In this document: piece by piece, positions 1 through 12,300 of the stretch
How positions within the stretch are numbered: position 1 is the stretch's first letter
Layout of the letters: each line of letters begins with the position of its first letter
From: Vairimorpha necatrix
Taxonomy: Eukaryota
Assembly (NCBI GenBank): GCA_036630325.1
Contig: CP142737.1
Coordinates: 682,001-746,000, forward strand
Reading direction: 5' to 3'
Length of the DNA: 64,000 nt
Notes under the pieces: model-generated
What the model was told of the DNA's origin: nothing
Seen by the model: only the letters and a program-made list of their open reading frames with translations
The model's database searches: none
Translations under genes and position numbers: made by a program

Positions 1-1776
1 CTCCACATTTATATTAAATAAGAATCAGTCACATTTGGGGATTCTTATTGTCAGCGTAGGTTCGTCGCCTGACATTATCAAAAGTACAAGTGCAAGCGTA
101 GAGTGATTATAATGTGTAATGGGACAATTAAAGCGTGCGGCGAACACAATTGTTACAGGATGATAATCTAGTTACTGAGATTATCCTGTAATTACTTTAT
201 TGTGAAAACTTACCCAAAGTATCTACTGTAAAATATTTACTATAAATAATAAATAAATCTTTTACCCATCTAAAAATATTATGAAAAGGAAGGAGAAACT
301 TTATTTAACAACAATCATTCAGGAGATGCAGCTAAAGTCGAAGCCGATAAAATATATGCAAATGTTCGAGACTTGGCAAAAACCTCTAGAGAAGCGCCAC
401 AATCAATTATATTAGATTGTTTGTCCCTATGCAGCCAAGCCGCAGCTCCCAAACTGCCATCGATTGACAATATGAAGCGTAGCATTTATATTCGACAAAT
501 TGCAGAACCCGGCCCGCACTCCCAAATTCAAAGCAAAAATTAAATTCACGGACGAATTTAAAGAAACGATAAGAGGTGAACCCTTTATACTGTATGATTC
601 TGGAGCAGATGAAAACAGAATTTTAATTTTTTCGACGAATCATAATTTACGGCTTTTGGCAGATAGTCAACTTTGGTACACAAATGGCACCTTTAAAACC
701 GTACCATTATTATTTCATCAATTGTACACAATTCACGGTCTAGAACAAAGTGCTTCTATTCCCTTGGTCTTCGCTTTATTGCCAAATAAATTAGAGCAAA
801 TCTATTCTAAATTTCTTTGCATTTTAAAAAAAATGGAACCATCATTAAATCCGCAATCCATAACTGTAGATTTTGAAAAAGCCATGATGAATGCTATTTC
901 AGTACATTTAGCTGGTGCAAGTGTAAAAGGATGCTTTGTTCATTTCTCACAGTGCATTTTTCGAGCCGTTCAAAATCATGGATTCAAACTACTGTACGAT
1001 ACAGAACCTGAATTTGCACTGCAAATAAGATCGCTGGCAGCGATCGCATTTGTACCTTCCAATGTTGTTGTTGAAGTTTTTGAAGAACTGTGGGACAGAA
1101 TACTGCCCATCGAAGCTCTGGCCGTCTTAGATTATTTTGAAGATACTTGGATTGGCCGCCCAAACCGAAGACGACGTCGAGCCTCGAAATTTATATAGCA
1201 CATATGGAATATGTACTCCAGAACAATAGATGGTCTTCCGAGGACCAACAACACGGCCGAAGGTTTACATCGTGGGTTCGAGTCGCAAGCTGGTGGTACT
1301 CTTCTGAATATTTGGAAGTTTATAAATTGCTTAAAAAAAAACAATCTATAATGAAGTTCGAATAGAACAATTACCGTCTGGCTTTAAAGCTCCTTCTTCT
1401 GAAAAAAGTATCGCGATTGCAGAACAAGAATTCTAAATGTAGTGTCCAATTTTAATCAAGAAAATATTTTAGAATTTTTTCGTGCCATTGCCCATAAACT
1501 GACATTTTAATATTAAATTAAATAGATTTTTATATTTAATGTTATTTTTTTTATTTTTATAAACATTCTGATACTTTTTACATTTTTTAATTCAAAAAGT
1601 GATATAAATATATTAATATTCAAATGCTATATTGCACAAGATATATGATACATACATAAAAAAAAAAATTTAAAATGAAATATATATATATCATGAATAT
1701 CCTTATAAAAATATATATTTTAATTTTTCGGTGAATTATTTTCGGAGAATTGCTGTCGGGGAATTCTCCGGACACC
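1..1776 (+). mobile_element. Mutator-like (MULE) DNA transposon, defective; left end not seen
   Basis: MULE transposase pseudogene followed by GC-rich subterminal repeats (tttcggtgaatt / tttcggagaatt / gtcggggaatt) ending ...ccggacacc at ~1776, interpreted as the right TIR. Confidence 0.75.
500..1510 (+). pseudogene. MULE transposase pseudogene
   Basis: Motifs (D->N)GTFKTVP..QLYTIHG, PLVFALLPNK, DFEKAMMNA, GCFVHFSQC. After TAG at 1196-1198 the frame continues HIWNMY..LPRTNNTAEGLH. Confidence 0.85.
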
Positions 1777-1779
1777 ATA

Positions 1780-4700
1780 AATTTCTTTACTTAGTTAAAT
1801 TTAACTATGTAGCGCTTTTCTTTATCAACTATAAAGTTACCTCCATTTTCTTTGAGACAACATTCTTGGTTAGTTTAATGATTTTTTAGTGATTATTGTT
1901 TTCATTATTTTCGATTCCAATGAAATTTCTTGATAGGTTATATGCTATACAATTTTTATTTCCATCTATATGATTTAGTGAAAAACTAAATTCATTTAAC
2001 AACAATTTCCATCTATTAATTCTTGATGTTTCTATTTTATTTTCATAGATACGATTTTTACTATCAGTATAAATCATTACATAAGATCCTTGAATTATGT
2101 TTTTAAAATTAAGCATAGATAAAACTATTGCCAAAAATTCCTTCTCAACAATACTGTAATTTAATTCTGGACCAGAAAATTTTTTACTATAATATCTAAT
2201 GATTTTATTCTTTTGTGTTAGCGTACTTCCTAACCCTATTTCCCTACGACAACTTGTAATGTAAATTTGCTATCGTAATCGGGAAATAATAATTGTGATT
2301 ACCCAGAATCCACTTTTTAATTCTGTCAACTTCCTTTCTCATTTCGGTCGTTATTTTAATTTTATTTTCATTCTTGTTTTTTAACATATCTGTTAATTTA
2401 TTAATCCTTATCGATAGATCTGGAATAAACCTTCTGTACCAGTTTATTACTCCTAACAGTTTTTGAAAATCCTGTTTCGTTTTTATTTCTTCTCGAATAC
2501 AATATTAATTAAATAATTAATTTTTGAGAAAATTTCTTTGTGTTTTATTTTGTAACCCAAAATTCAATTTAATGTCCAAATAAATTTCGATTTTTCGAAA
2601 TTTATTTGGACATTTTTGCTGAATAATATTTCTAGTATTTTTTCTAAGGGAATTAAATGACTTCCCTTTGTTTTATTATAAATCACAATATCATCTATAA
2701 AAACAAATACATTATCTAAATCTCCTAAAATGTTTGAAATATTCCTTTGAAATAATTTTGGACGGGCTTAATCCGAAAGGAAATTCAATTGTATTGCAAC
2801 TGTCGTCCTAATAAAAAAACGATGTATATTTCTAAATTTTTTCATCTATTTTTATCTGATTAAATCCGTTACCCAAATCAATCTGCGTAAAAAATTTGTT
2901 AGATCCCATTATTGTTAGACAATCCTCAATTTTGGGTATAATTTATGGGTCATCTTGCAAGGCTTTAATTACTTCTTTATAATCTACTACTAAACGCAAA
3001 TCCTTATTTTTTTTTTCTATGGAAAATGCAGGGCTTATTATATCAAAAAAACCTTTTTCAATTATATCTGCATTTAAAAGTCTTTTAATTCCCATTTTCG
3101 CCTTTTCAATATGTTTAAATGAAACTGTATAGGTAATCTTTTGTGTTTTTAAAACTGGTCGTATTACATTAAAGGAAGCTAGGTTTGCTTTCATAAAGGT
3201 AAATTTTGTGTTTTCATTAATATAGAAGTCTAATAGTTTATTATTCTATGCTTTCGCTAACCCGACATAATTAATTAACTATTTCTTTATTTAGCAATTC
3301 GTCCTCATTTCCCTCTTTATGTACCATGTCATTTCGTAGTCCATCTAATTCTACCGTTCCTTCAGCGTAATCTAACTTTGCACAATAAATGTCAAGAAAT
3401 TCGTTTCCTAGAACAAGATTAACGGGTAATTTTTCTAAAACGCAAAATTTTACTTCAAAAGGGGTTTCTTTTATCGTAACAACAGTATTGATTATTTCAC
3501 TAGATTTTTCTGTTTCATTAATTCCAACTATGGTTTCAATTTGCGCACCTTCTTCTTTCTTAAATTGAATTCATAACTGCTCTTTTAAAAATATAATTTC
3601 TCCTTGATCCGCTATCTAATATCATTTCCGCATCCTTATTACCTATTTTTCCATTACAGTAATGTCTTCAGAACATTGTCCACGTAGTTTTATAATCATA
3701 TTTTTATCCTTATGATCTGCAAATTCAGGCAATCTTTTTTTATTCTGTAAGGCGTATCGACGCTTAAAACCATGAGTACAGTTACTCTTATGAAGTTAAC
3801 ACCATTTCGGGCTATTAAGTTGAGTATTTCTGTCATTATCAAATTTTTTTTTTTCATAATGGGTATTAGGTTTCTCGACTTAAGTTACAATTTCATTTTC
3901 TATTAGAACAAGGTGATTATAAATGTATACTGTTGTTGGTCCAACAGTCTGTAAAGAAGGGTTACTATTAAATTGTAATTTTATCTTTCTCATCTTCATA
4001 CCCTTATGAGAATGATTTTCTTTTATATTTATGGGCGGGAAATCTGGTCTATTTCCCCGCCAAAAACATGAATAATACAAAGGTGGAGAATATCTACTTA
4101 ATGGTATTCTCTAGTTTCCAGAGCCATCTGAGGACCACTGAAGAGCTGTCCCTTGACAATAAATTTTATAGATTTCCTTACTGATCATATTTTGTCTTGT
4201 TAATTCTAAATAAGTGAAATCTCCTAGTCCCTTTAAAAACACTTCTTTCATTTTATGCAGAGCTTCTCTTTTTTAGATCATTATAATATGAATAACTATT
4301 AAGTATTTCCTCGATTGTTTCAAATATTCTTTGATACTAAAATAACATATTTGGCTTGTACTATCTAATTTATGTATAGCACGTCTTTTTTGTTCCGGTG
4401 GCTAAATAAAATTTAACAGTGACATTCTTAATGCAACATAAGAATCTGATGGTAAATAATCCTTTCTTGGATCGTGCATGAAAACCATGTAAATCAAAGC
4501 CATTTGTTCGTCATTCTAATCATTTGCTTGAGCTAACATCTCAAATTTTTGGAGTTGATTTATGGTTAAATCTTATTGGATCTCATAAATGTTATAAATT
4601 TTTACTTTATTCTTAACTGCAGTTCCTTGTATATTTTTTCAAATTCTGTATGTTCTTTTTCTTTCTTTTGATCTTTGATATGAGTTTTCCTCGTTGAATT

Positions 4701-4938
4701 CAACTTGAGGTGGTCACGAGGGATGAACCCTCGTTGATAGTAGGCTTCTGGTAAGCTACTTATAATAGACTCCTTGGGCTTTTTTTATAAATAAATCGTT
4801 TATTGTTTGCGTCCTTTGTCTGCATCTCTTTTTCCTTTTTGTTGGGGAGAAAAACAAATTTTTTTTAAAATATTTAAGAAATTCCATTTTGGGAATAATG
4901 GAATTTTACATGTGGTCGTAATACCACGGGGCAATACA
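1780..4938 (-). mobile_element. Degenerate Ty3/gypsy LTR retrotransposon (5' LTR ~4706-4938, gag-pol remnants, 3' part lost)
   Basis: Fragments SPAFSIEKKNKDLRLVVDY (RT) and YTDSKN..RINRWKLL (RNase H) with many stops. Putative LTR TGT...TCA is followed by the same GTTGAATTCAAC motif as the 28798-33016 element. Confidence 0.8.
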
Positions 4939-6358
4939 ACTATTGCTTAAAGTTTATTAAAAACCATTTTACTACTGAACAAGAGCTGCTAGAGTTATAA
5001 AATCGATTCAATACCTCAGAGAATATCTATTATTAGGAAAATTTACATTAAAAACGGATCATCGGGCTTTGGAATATTTGTTTAAGTCTATTGATGTAAA
5101 AGCTAGGTTTGCTAGATGGTCATTACTGCTACAAGAATATGATTTCGATATTAAATACATTACGGGACCATCAAACTATACAAATCGCCTAAGCAGAGAA
5201 TTTAAAAAACATGAGGAGACTGTTTTAGAAATAAATTCAATACAAAAGAAAAAAATCAAAACAGATAGGAGGTTAGTATTATTAAAATTTTATCATGATT
5301 TATCAGGGCATGGATCAAAACAGAATATGAAATATAATATTGGATGAAAATATACTTAGAAGAATATAGGCAAAGACATAAAAATTACGTAGATAAATGT
5401 GAACGTGTTAAAAAGAAAAGCCTCTGAGGAAATTCGGAGATATGGTGGTATTAGTATCAAAGACAATAGGAGAAATTTAGGAAATAGTCATATTAGGGCC
5501 CTTGAGAGAAAACGAGCAAGGATATAAATTCTTATGACAACGATTGACCACTTTTCGAAAGTTGCTGAGGCGGTGCCGATTTATACAAAAGACAAGAACA
5601 CGGTAATTTATTTTGTAGATAAACATATAATCAGGAAGTATGGTATGAAAAAATCTATTTTTTTCATAATGGCAAAGAATTCAAAAATTATATATGTGAG
5701 GAATATGCGAAGACCAAAAAAATTCAAGGGAACATGGCTCACCTAATAAACCTACAACTACGGGGCTTGTTGAGAGGTTTAATAGAACTTTATCCATAAA
5801 ATTAAGGAATGTTACAGAATTTGGGGAAATTTGATTGGGTAAAAGATGTTCCTAAAGTAGTCAGAGTCTATATGCAATCATATCATAGGGCAATGGGGTT
5901 TGCACCAAGAATTCTTAACAGGAAGAGCTTCAAATAGGATAGATATAAAGAGGGAATGCATCTCCCAAAAGATAAGAAGGAGTTTCAGGAGCAGGCGATT
6001 AAAAACTTGGATGTTTACAGACGAGAAAACGACCCTAGTAAAAAGCTAATTCCGGTAACAGGATGCCATTAAGGTGGGAAATAGAGTTTGGTATTATTTA
6101 ATTCTACCGTTTAGAAAAAAATTCAAACCAAAATGGGAAGAAAAAGGAACGGTTGTAGAACTGCGATTCAATTCATTTGAAGTGATGCTCGATATGGGAA
6201 AAACGGTTATGGCAAGTCGAAATCACGTTAAGCTTTTAAGGTAGGTTAGTATAGGAAGTGTAACACATGTCAAATCCTGCAGTGGCCATTCAAAGATATT
6301 TGACATGTTGTTCTTTAAATATTTTATAATAAATAAACCTATGTTTTCATTCCAACAA
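4939..6358 (+). mobile_element. Ty3/gypsy remnant (RNase H-integrase, probable 3' LTR ~6259-6358)
   Basis: KTDHRALEYL..RFARWSLLLQEYDFDIKY, HDLSGH and TIDHFSK motifs; purine tract at ~6238-6258; frameshifted; LTR limits approximate. Confidence 0.75.
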
Positions 6359-6566
6359 TAAGATTTATATGACATAAAAAATCGACTTTGAACATTCTAA
6401 TTATTCCTTATAAGTAAAAAGTTATCAAAATATTTTCTTAATACTCGTATGTTTGTTTTAAGAAATTTGTTGATTCAATTGTTTAAGTTTGTTAATTCAC
6501 AATGTTTTCTTGTAGTGTAAATAAACATGTAAAATATAAATAAAATTTTTATGAGGGTAAATAAAA

Positions 6567-7181
6567 ATGGACCTGCAACTTCTAGTATTCATATTCAACA
6601 ATGTTAGTCTTAAAGAACAGCTGGACATACACGTTGAAGAATTGATCAATCTAACAGACAATATGGCTTATTCTATAAAGACTGATGGTAGAGGAGGAAT
6701 AGAAATTAAATCAAAGGGGCCAAATGATAATGAATGGAGTATGCCTAAGAAAATTACTGTACATGAAAACGCCGGAGAATTACTTGATAGTGGAGCTCTT
6801 ATTGTCAAGACTGAAGGTAACAAATACATGCTTGCATATGCCCCAACACCGAATGATTTTCAGTTAAAACCAGAAAAATTTAATTATATCATACAAGAAT
6901 ACAATGAAATGGCTAATGACGAAAAAACAATCGAAGCTGTTTATAATTCCAAACCTAGGTTTATAGATGGATTACAGACCGACAAAAGGTCTACCTTTTA
7001 TGAGTATAAACCAACCTCTCAACAAAAGAATGTAGCTTCTAGCCCGCAAACGAAAAAAAAGAATACGAAAGTAAAAAACGACGATAAAAACGTTGATGAA
7101 GATTCTGTAAGTAGCAATGCAGACAAAGTATTGGTGTCTATTTCTGTCATTGGATTTACATTACTACTAATCGCGTTATAA
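6567..7181 (+). CDS. Hypothetical secreted/surface protein, probable signal peptide and C-terminal hydrophobic (GPI-anchor-like) tail
   Basis: Intact 204-aa ORF; GGG motif just upstream of ATG (microsporidian start context); SSNAD followed by VLVSISVIGFTLLLIAL; AATAAA right at the stop. Confidence 0.75.
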   Translation: MDLQLLVFIFNNVSLKEQLDIHVEELINLTDNMAYSIKTDGRGGIEIKSKGPNDNEWSMPKKITVHENAGELLDSGALIVKTEGNKYMLAYAPTPNDFQLKPEKFNYIIQEYNEMANDEKTIEAVYNSKPRFIDGLQTDKRSTFYEYKPTSQQKNVASSPQTKKKNTKVKNDDKNVDEDSVSSNADKVLVSISVIGFTLLLIAL

Positions 7182-8101
7182 ATAAATTCTTACAAGTGAT
7201 TTTTCTATTTGTATATATTTTATTTATTCTACATTTTTTATAAGACTATTATTTTTTTTGAAGAAATAAATATTAATAATGTTTTTCAGTTCTTATACAT
7301 ATAATAATAATTTTGGAACAAAAATCTTCCATTGTAAATAGTCAATTAGTTTTGGTGCAATAAGTCGGCATTGTTAAATGATGTTATGTGATGTTTTTGT
7401 ATTGAACAGTTATAGGCAAACTGAATTTAATCTATATGTTGCTGCATGCAGATTCACATTTTTTAATAATAAAAAACTGAAGATTTTTTAGTGCAAAAAG
7501 TCCTACCAACATCTGATAAAATTAGAGCGGAAATTTGACCAAAATTAATATTTTTTTTTCATAATAGTTTAGATTTTGTAATTACAAAAAATTATCGAAT
7601 ATCTTCCACAAATATACTACGATACAACATCAACTTATAGCTAAAGGTCCAAAACTTTTAAACCGGAAATATTAAATCGACGTAAAACAATTTATTCAAA
7701 AATCTGGTTCTAATCAGTACACTTTTACATAAAAAGTCATAGATTGGCGTTGTATCACATCAACATTACAAAAAAAATTGAACGTATTATATCACTAAGT
7801 TGAATCCTATCTACTCATAATCCAAAAAATACATAGAAGATATTGGTGAAATAAAAACACAGAGCAATGAATTTTTTGAAAACTTTCAACAGAAAAGGTA
7901 TAATATCAAATCTACTAGTCTCTGATGTTTTTTCTTTAAAGCATTTAGTACAGATTAAACAAAAATAAAGCTATTTTTAAATAGTAATTTATTATTTCAT
8001 ATGAAGATATTTGGTCAATAATATAGCTTTTTTTACAAGTATGTGAATGCACAGTTTACAATACGATTATGTGTATTTTTTTCTGTCGTTAATGACAAAA
8101 T

Positions 8102-9310
8102 GGTTAAATTGCGATGTTACCCCCCACCCCTAAAAAAATAAAAAAAAAGGGGAAAAAATAAAAAAAAGGGGAAAAAATAAAAAAGGGGAAAACTAAAATT
8201 TATTCAATTAATTCAAAATCAAATCCAGGGGTTAAATCGTAATTTAAAAACCATATATTTTGAACTTCAAAAAAGCATAACATTCTTTCAAGTAGTGATT
8301 CTCTATAAATTAACTTAAAACGAGCTATATAAAGTTTTCGAATTAAATTCATTAAAGAACCATGGCTTGTTCCTTCTTTGCGCAATTCCCTTTTAATTAC
8401 AGACCACATTCCCTCAATTGTTTGGGTGTGGGCGCCTGTTGTTGGATTTACAAAATTTTGGCTATGATTTACTTTTAAATGTAAATAGTAATAATCCGGA
8501 CATAGTTCCGAAAACCCTTCATAACCTCGCCAACAATCAGTAATATTTGTAGATCCAGGTGCGATTTTTCGTTTTATTAATTCGACAAGAGTATTTCTTG
8601 ATCGATTTTCAACAATTTCGAAAAAAAAAGAATTGCTGTCTCCTCTTACAACTCCACCAACGGCCCAAACTTGGTATTGAAGGATTCTACCGTTATGGTT
8701 TTTACTTTTAACAAGCAATGTCTCGTCTATTTCAACTACGCAGTTTAAACCTCCTATGATTTTGTTTTTTATGTAGTTGAAATAGGATAAGAATACAGCG
8801 TTATTAAAACGCGTAAACCAGCGAGATACGGTACTACTATCTATATCCAATTCGATAGTAGCCGAAACATTGCTTACACCTTTAACCCATTCACACAGCA
8901 AAATTAAAAGATCTTCGATATCTAATCTAGAACTTTTAAAAATGCTTTCTTTGTAAATGTTACCCTTGTTTGAGCATTTTCTCCCATTTCGTCGTAAGTA
9001 ACAACGATATTTGTCCAAATTATTTCTAATTTTGGTCATGGGAGTCATGCACTTATTGCACATTGGTACCTTTAATATATTTTTTTCAAGAAGAAATAAT
9101 AATAATTCCTCTTTTTTATATATTAATTTTCTAAAATTCTTTATGTTCATTTTAGGGGTATAATTTTTCCTCTTTTTTTTTATTTTCCCCCTTTTTTTAT
9201 TTTTTTCCCCTTTTTTATTTTTTCCCCTTTTTTATTTTTTCCCCTTTTTTTTATTTTTTCCCCTTTTTTTTATTTTTTTAGGGGTGGGGGGGTAACATCG
9301 CAATTTAACC
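8102..9310 (-). mobile_element. Merlin (IS1016/IS1595-like) DNA transposon, apparently intact
   Basis: TIR ggttaaattgcgatgttacccccc / ggggggtaacatcgcaatttaacc; 8-bp TSD gacaaaat at 8094-8101 and 9311-9318; subterminal A-tract/GGGG minisatellites. Confidence 0.95.
8200..9150 (-). CDS. Merlin DDE transposase, 316 aa
   Basis: N-terminal Cys motif CNKC..C; VEIDET, ITDCWRGY, VNHSQNFV, HTQTIEGMWS; CCC motif before ATG. Confidence 0.93.
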   Translation of the reverse strand: MNIKNFRKLIYKKEELLLFLLEKNILKVPMCNKCMTPMTKIRNNLDKYRCYLRRNGRKCSNKGNIYKESIFKSSRLDIEDLLILLCEWVKGVSNVSATIELDIDSSTVSRWFTRFNNAVFLSYFNYIKNKIIGGLNCVVEIDETLLVKSKNHNGRILQYQVWAVGGVVRGDSNSFFFEIVENRSRNTLVELIKRKIAPGSTNITDCWRGYEGFSELCPDYYYLHLKVNHSQNFVNPTTGAHTQTIEGMWSVIKRELRKEGTSHGSLMNLIRKLYIARFKLIYRESLLERMLCFFEVQNIWFLNYDLTPGFDFELIE

Positions 9311-12300
9311 GACAAAATTTATCAAATTTAGGAAACGACTTTTTTATATCAATTCCCATTATAACAGCAGTAAAACCTCATTATTGTCTTATATTGTCAA
9401 CTTATCTCCATATTTATATGAGGAAATTGAATTCTAAAACGTCGCACTTACTTAATTGTTGACTTTTAACAGGATTAATTGATACAATTGCTTAAACTAA
9501 TCATGAATTTTTCGATTTTAAATCCAAAATTGCATTTGACCTCTATATTATGTATTTATTTTAAAATTTGTGTCGATATTATTTTTTTCATGTATATATA
9601 TATTTCAAAGTCCAAAAAAAAATATGTTCTAATCTTTGTTGTCGTTTAGAATATGAACAATGCCCTGATAATAGTGTTCGCCCCGAAAACCAGGTACCGA
9701 TATATATATATATATAGCAATAACTTGCCGGATTAGGACATATCTTGAAAACTCGCTCTCAAATCTCTTATTAAATATTATATAATTTTTCAAAGACGAT
9801 TATAATATCATAACCACATAGTAATGGGCGCGAATGTTTTTTTTTCAAACGAATGGTTAGCAAAAAAAATATATTAGAATCTTACTTATTAAATCACATC
9901 CTGATTATATGAGAAAATTTTTGAAGAAATATATTAAAAAATTTAACTTCTTTTTAGAGCACTAAGTGAAATAAATAGGACAAATTTGTGAATTTCCAAT
10001 AAATTTACCCTTATAAACATCATAAAGTTAATTTGGGGCTGTATTGTGTACTGCCTAAGAATAAAAGGCATCAATTTAAAAAAGAGTAATGACCACGATA
10101 CCTCTTAAATTTTAAATCTTACTAACTCATTTATGTGTTTTTTAAAAAATTGGAATAAACCCCAATTAAAAAATGAAGTAACAATGTTCTATCGACTTGA
10201 AACCAAGGACTAAACACATAAGATATTATATACCTTTTATGATACTTCTAACTCTTCTTGGATCGTATAAAAAATTAAATGGAATATAAAGCGGTTGTAT
10301 CTGTATTTTTGGACAAATCATCTTTAATATAACATTAATATTTCTTGTTAAGGTACAATTGTATATTTTATTCTATTCATATTAATATTCCGGTTGTAAA
10401 GTAATTTTGGACTTTATCTTATTCTTCAACAAGCCTATAAAATATTTTTGTTAAGACATAAAGTACTTTTCATATATATATTAGAAAAACTGTTTTAGCT
10501 AGGGGCGTTTATTAGAAATGATTAATATATTATCAATTGGGTTTATAATTGAAAAAATCTATTCTTTAAGAAACTATAATAATTAAAGATTATATTAGTA
10601 CAAAAAAATTGTATTTTTGTAAATAAAAGAAACATCTAGATTGAAACCGCACAATTAAAACTTAATAGCTATAACAATTTAAGAAATATAAATGTGAAAT
10701 TTAAACCTTTCTTTCACTCTGTATTGTAATCCACCTGATGGTATAATTTGTAATATATTTTAGCATGAAAAAGTACTTCGTACTTGTATTTCGTGAAAAG
10801 ATTTTAGATCTAACATAAAGCATATATTCGTAAAAAGTTCTTGTGAACTATTGCAAGCATCAGTTTTTTTATTTTTTCTATAAAAAATTACTATATTTCA
10901 AAGGTATTCTCATATAATTTCTGGATAAATACATCATTATAAAGATAAACGAAATAATATGCACAGAAGCGACTTTTCTATAAATCCATGATACTTAACT
11001 CTATAACAACTCTTGATTCATTTTTACACAAACTAGTAGTCCGTAACGTCTGATATAAAATCGATCTCGACCTAACTAATATCTTTAGAAATATGAAATT
11101 AAGCAATAATTGAACTAATTTCAGACAACTAATGATATCAATGGTGATGAAAACATTCATATCTTTATAGCATTATCCTTGGATATAGTAGACACAAGTT
11201 TGTTTATTCGTGCAGCTTTCAGACTTTTAGGAATTTTTAAATATATATAATAGTTAAATAAAATATTGTTTTCCTGAAATAAGAATAGTAGTAGAATTAA
11301 TAATTCTATTTAGCTAATTTACAAAGCCATCGTTACTAGAGAAGAGATGTTTAGATGCCTTTATAATATATATACAAGATATAAATAGATTCTCGATGTA
11401 CACAAACCATATTACTGATAATTATTTAGAATTCACAAAATAGAAGAGATATTAAATATTATTTCAATAAAAAATCTAAAAATGCTTTTTCGTCATTTTT
11501 ATAGTACTGTTTTGATTATATCAAATTATAATACAAAAACTATATACTAAAGCGTAAGTATTTCTCTTTTGGCGTAAAGTTTTATAATTAAATGTTACTT
11601 ATAGACTGAAATTCATCTCTAATTTAATATGAAAAGTTTGCAGCTAGTAAATTTTGTTTATGTTACAAAGCTATATCTTATGAGAACATAAAAATGAAAA
11701 TGAATGAGTAAAGATAATCATAATTTAGATTTGAGTAACTTCTATGCAACTGCCAAATCATGAAAGCGGGAATCTCCTTATGAGCTAGATATATTTGACG
11801 AGAGGTAAGACATCTTATATTTTAAAAAACAAATTTCATATTATATTTAAATTATCAAAATTATACATAGAATTTTTAAAACAAAGCGATATTTTCTCAC
11901 ATAGATAATCCTTTTTGCCACAAATAAAAAGATAGAATATTGTTAGGAATGACAAATGAAAAAAAACAAAAATACTTATCTAAGATGACAATTCCACGTG
12001 TTTTCAACAAAAATAACTATTTTAGAACTAAAAGTTGATAATATGTTACATAAAAATTAATGAATAAAAAACATGCGGAAGAATATTCGATAAGCCCTTT
12101 ATCTACTTTTAATCAAAGTATTTATGAGTTTTTTATGTTTGTCTGGTTAAATAATGATTTCCCTTCGTTTTATTCGTTAGAGACAAATACATAAGTTTCA
12201 AGGGCATGGAATTTAAAATACATCGTACTCTTTTTTACCGATATTTCATCATAAATTCAGGCGACCTTTATAAATGAAATAATGATTGCAAAGTTCTTTT

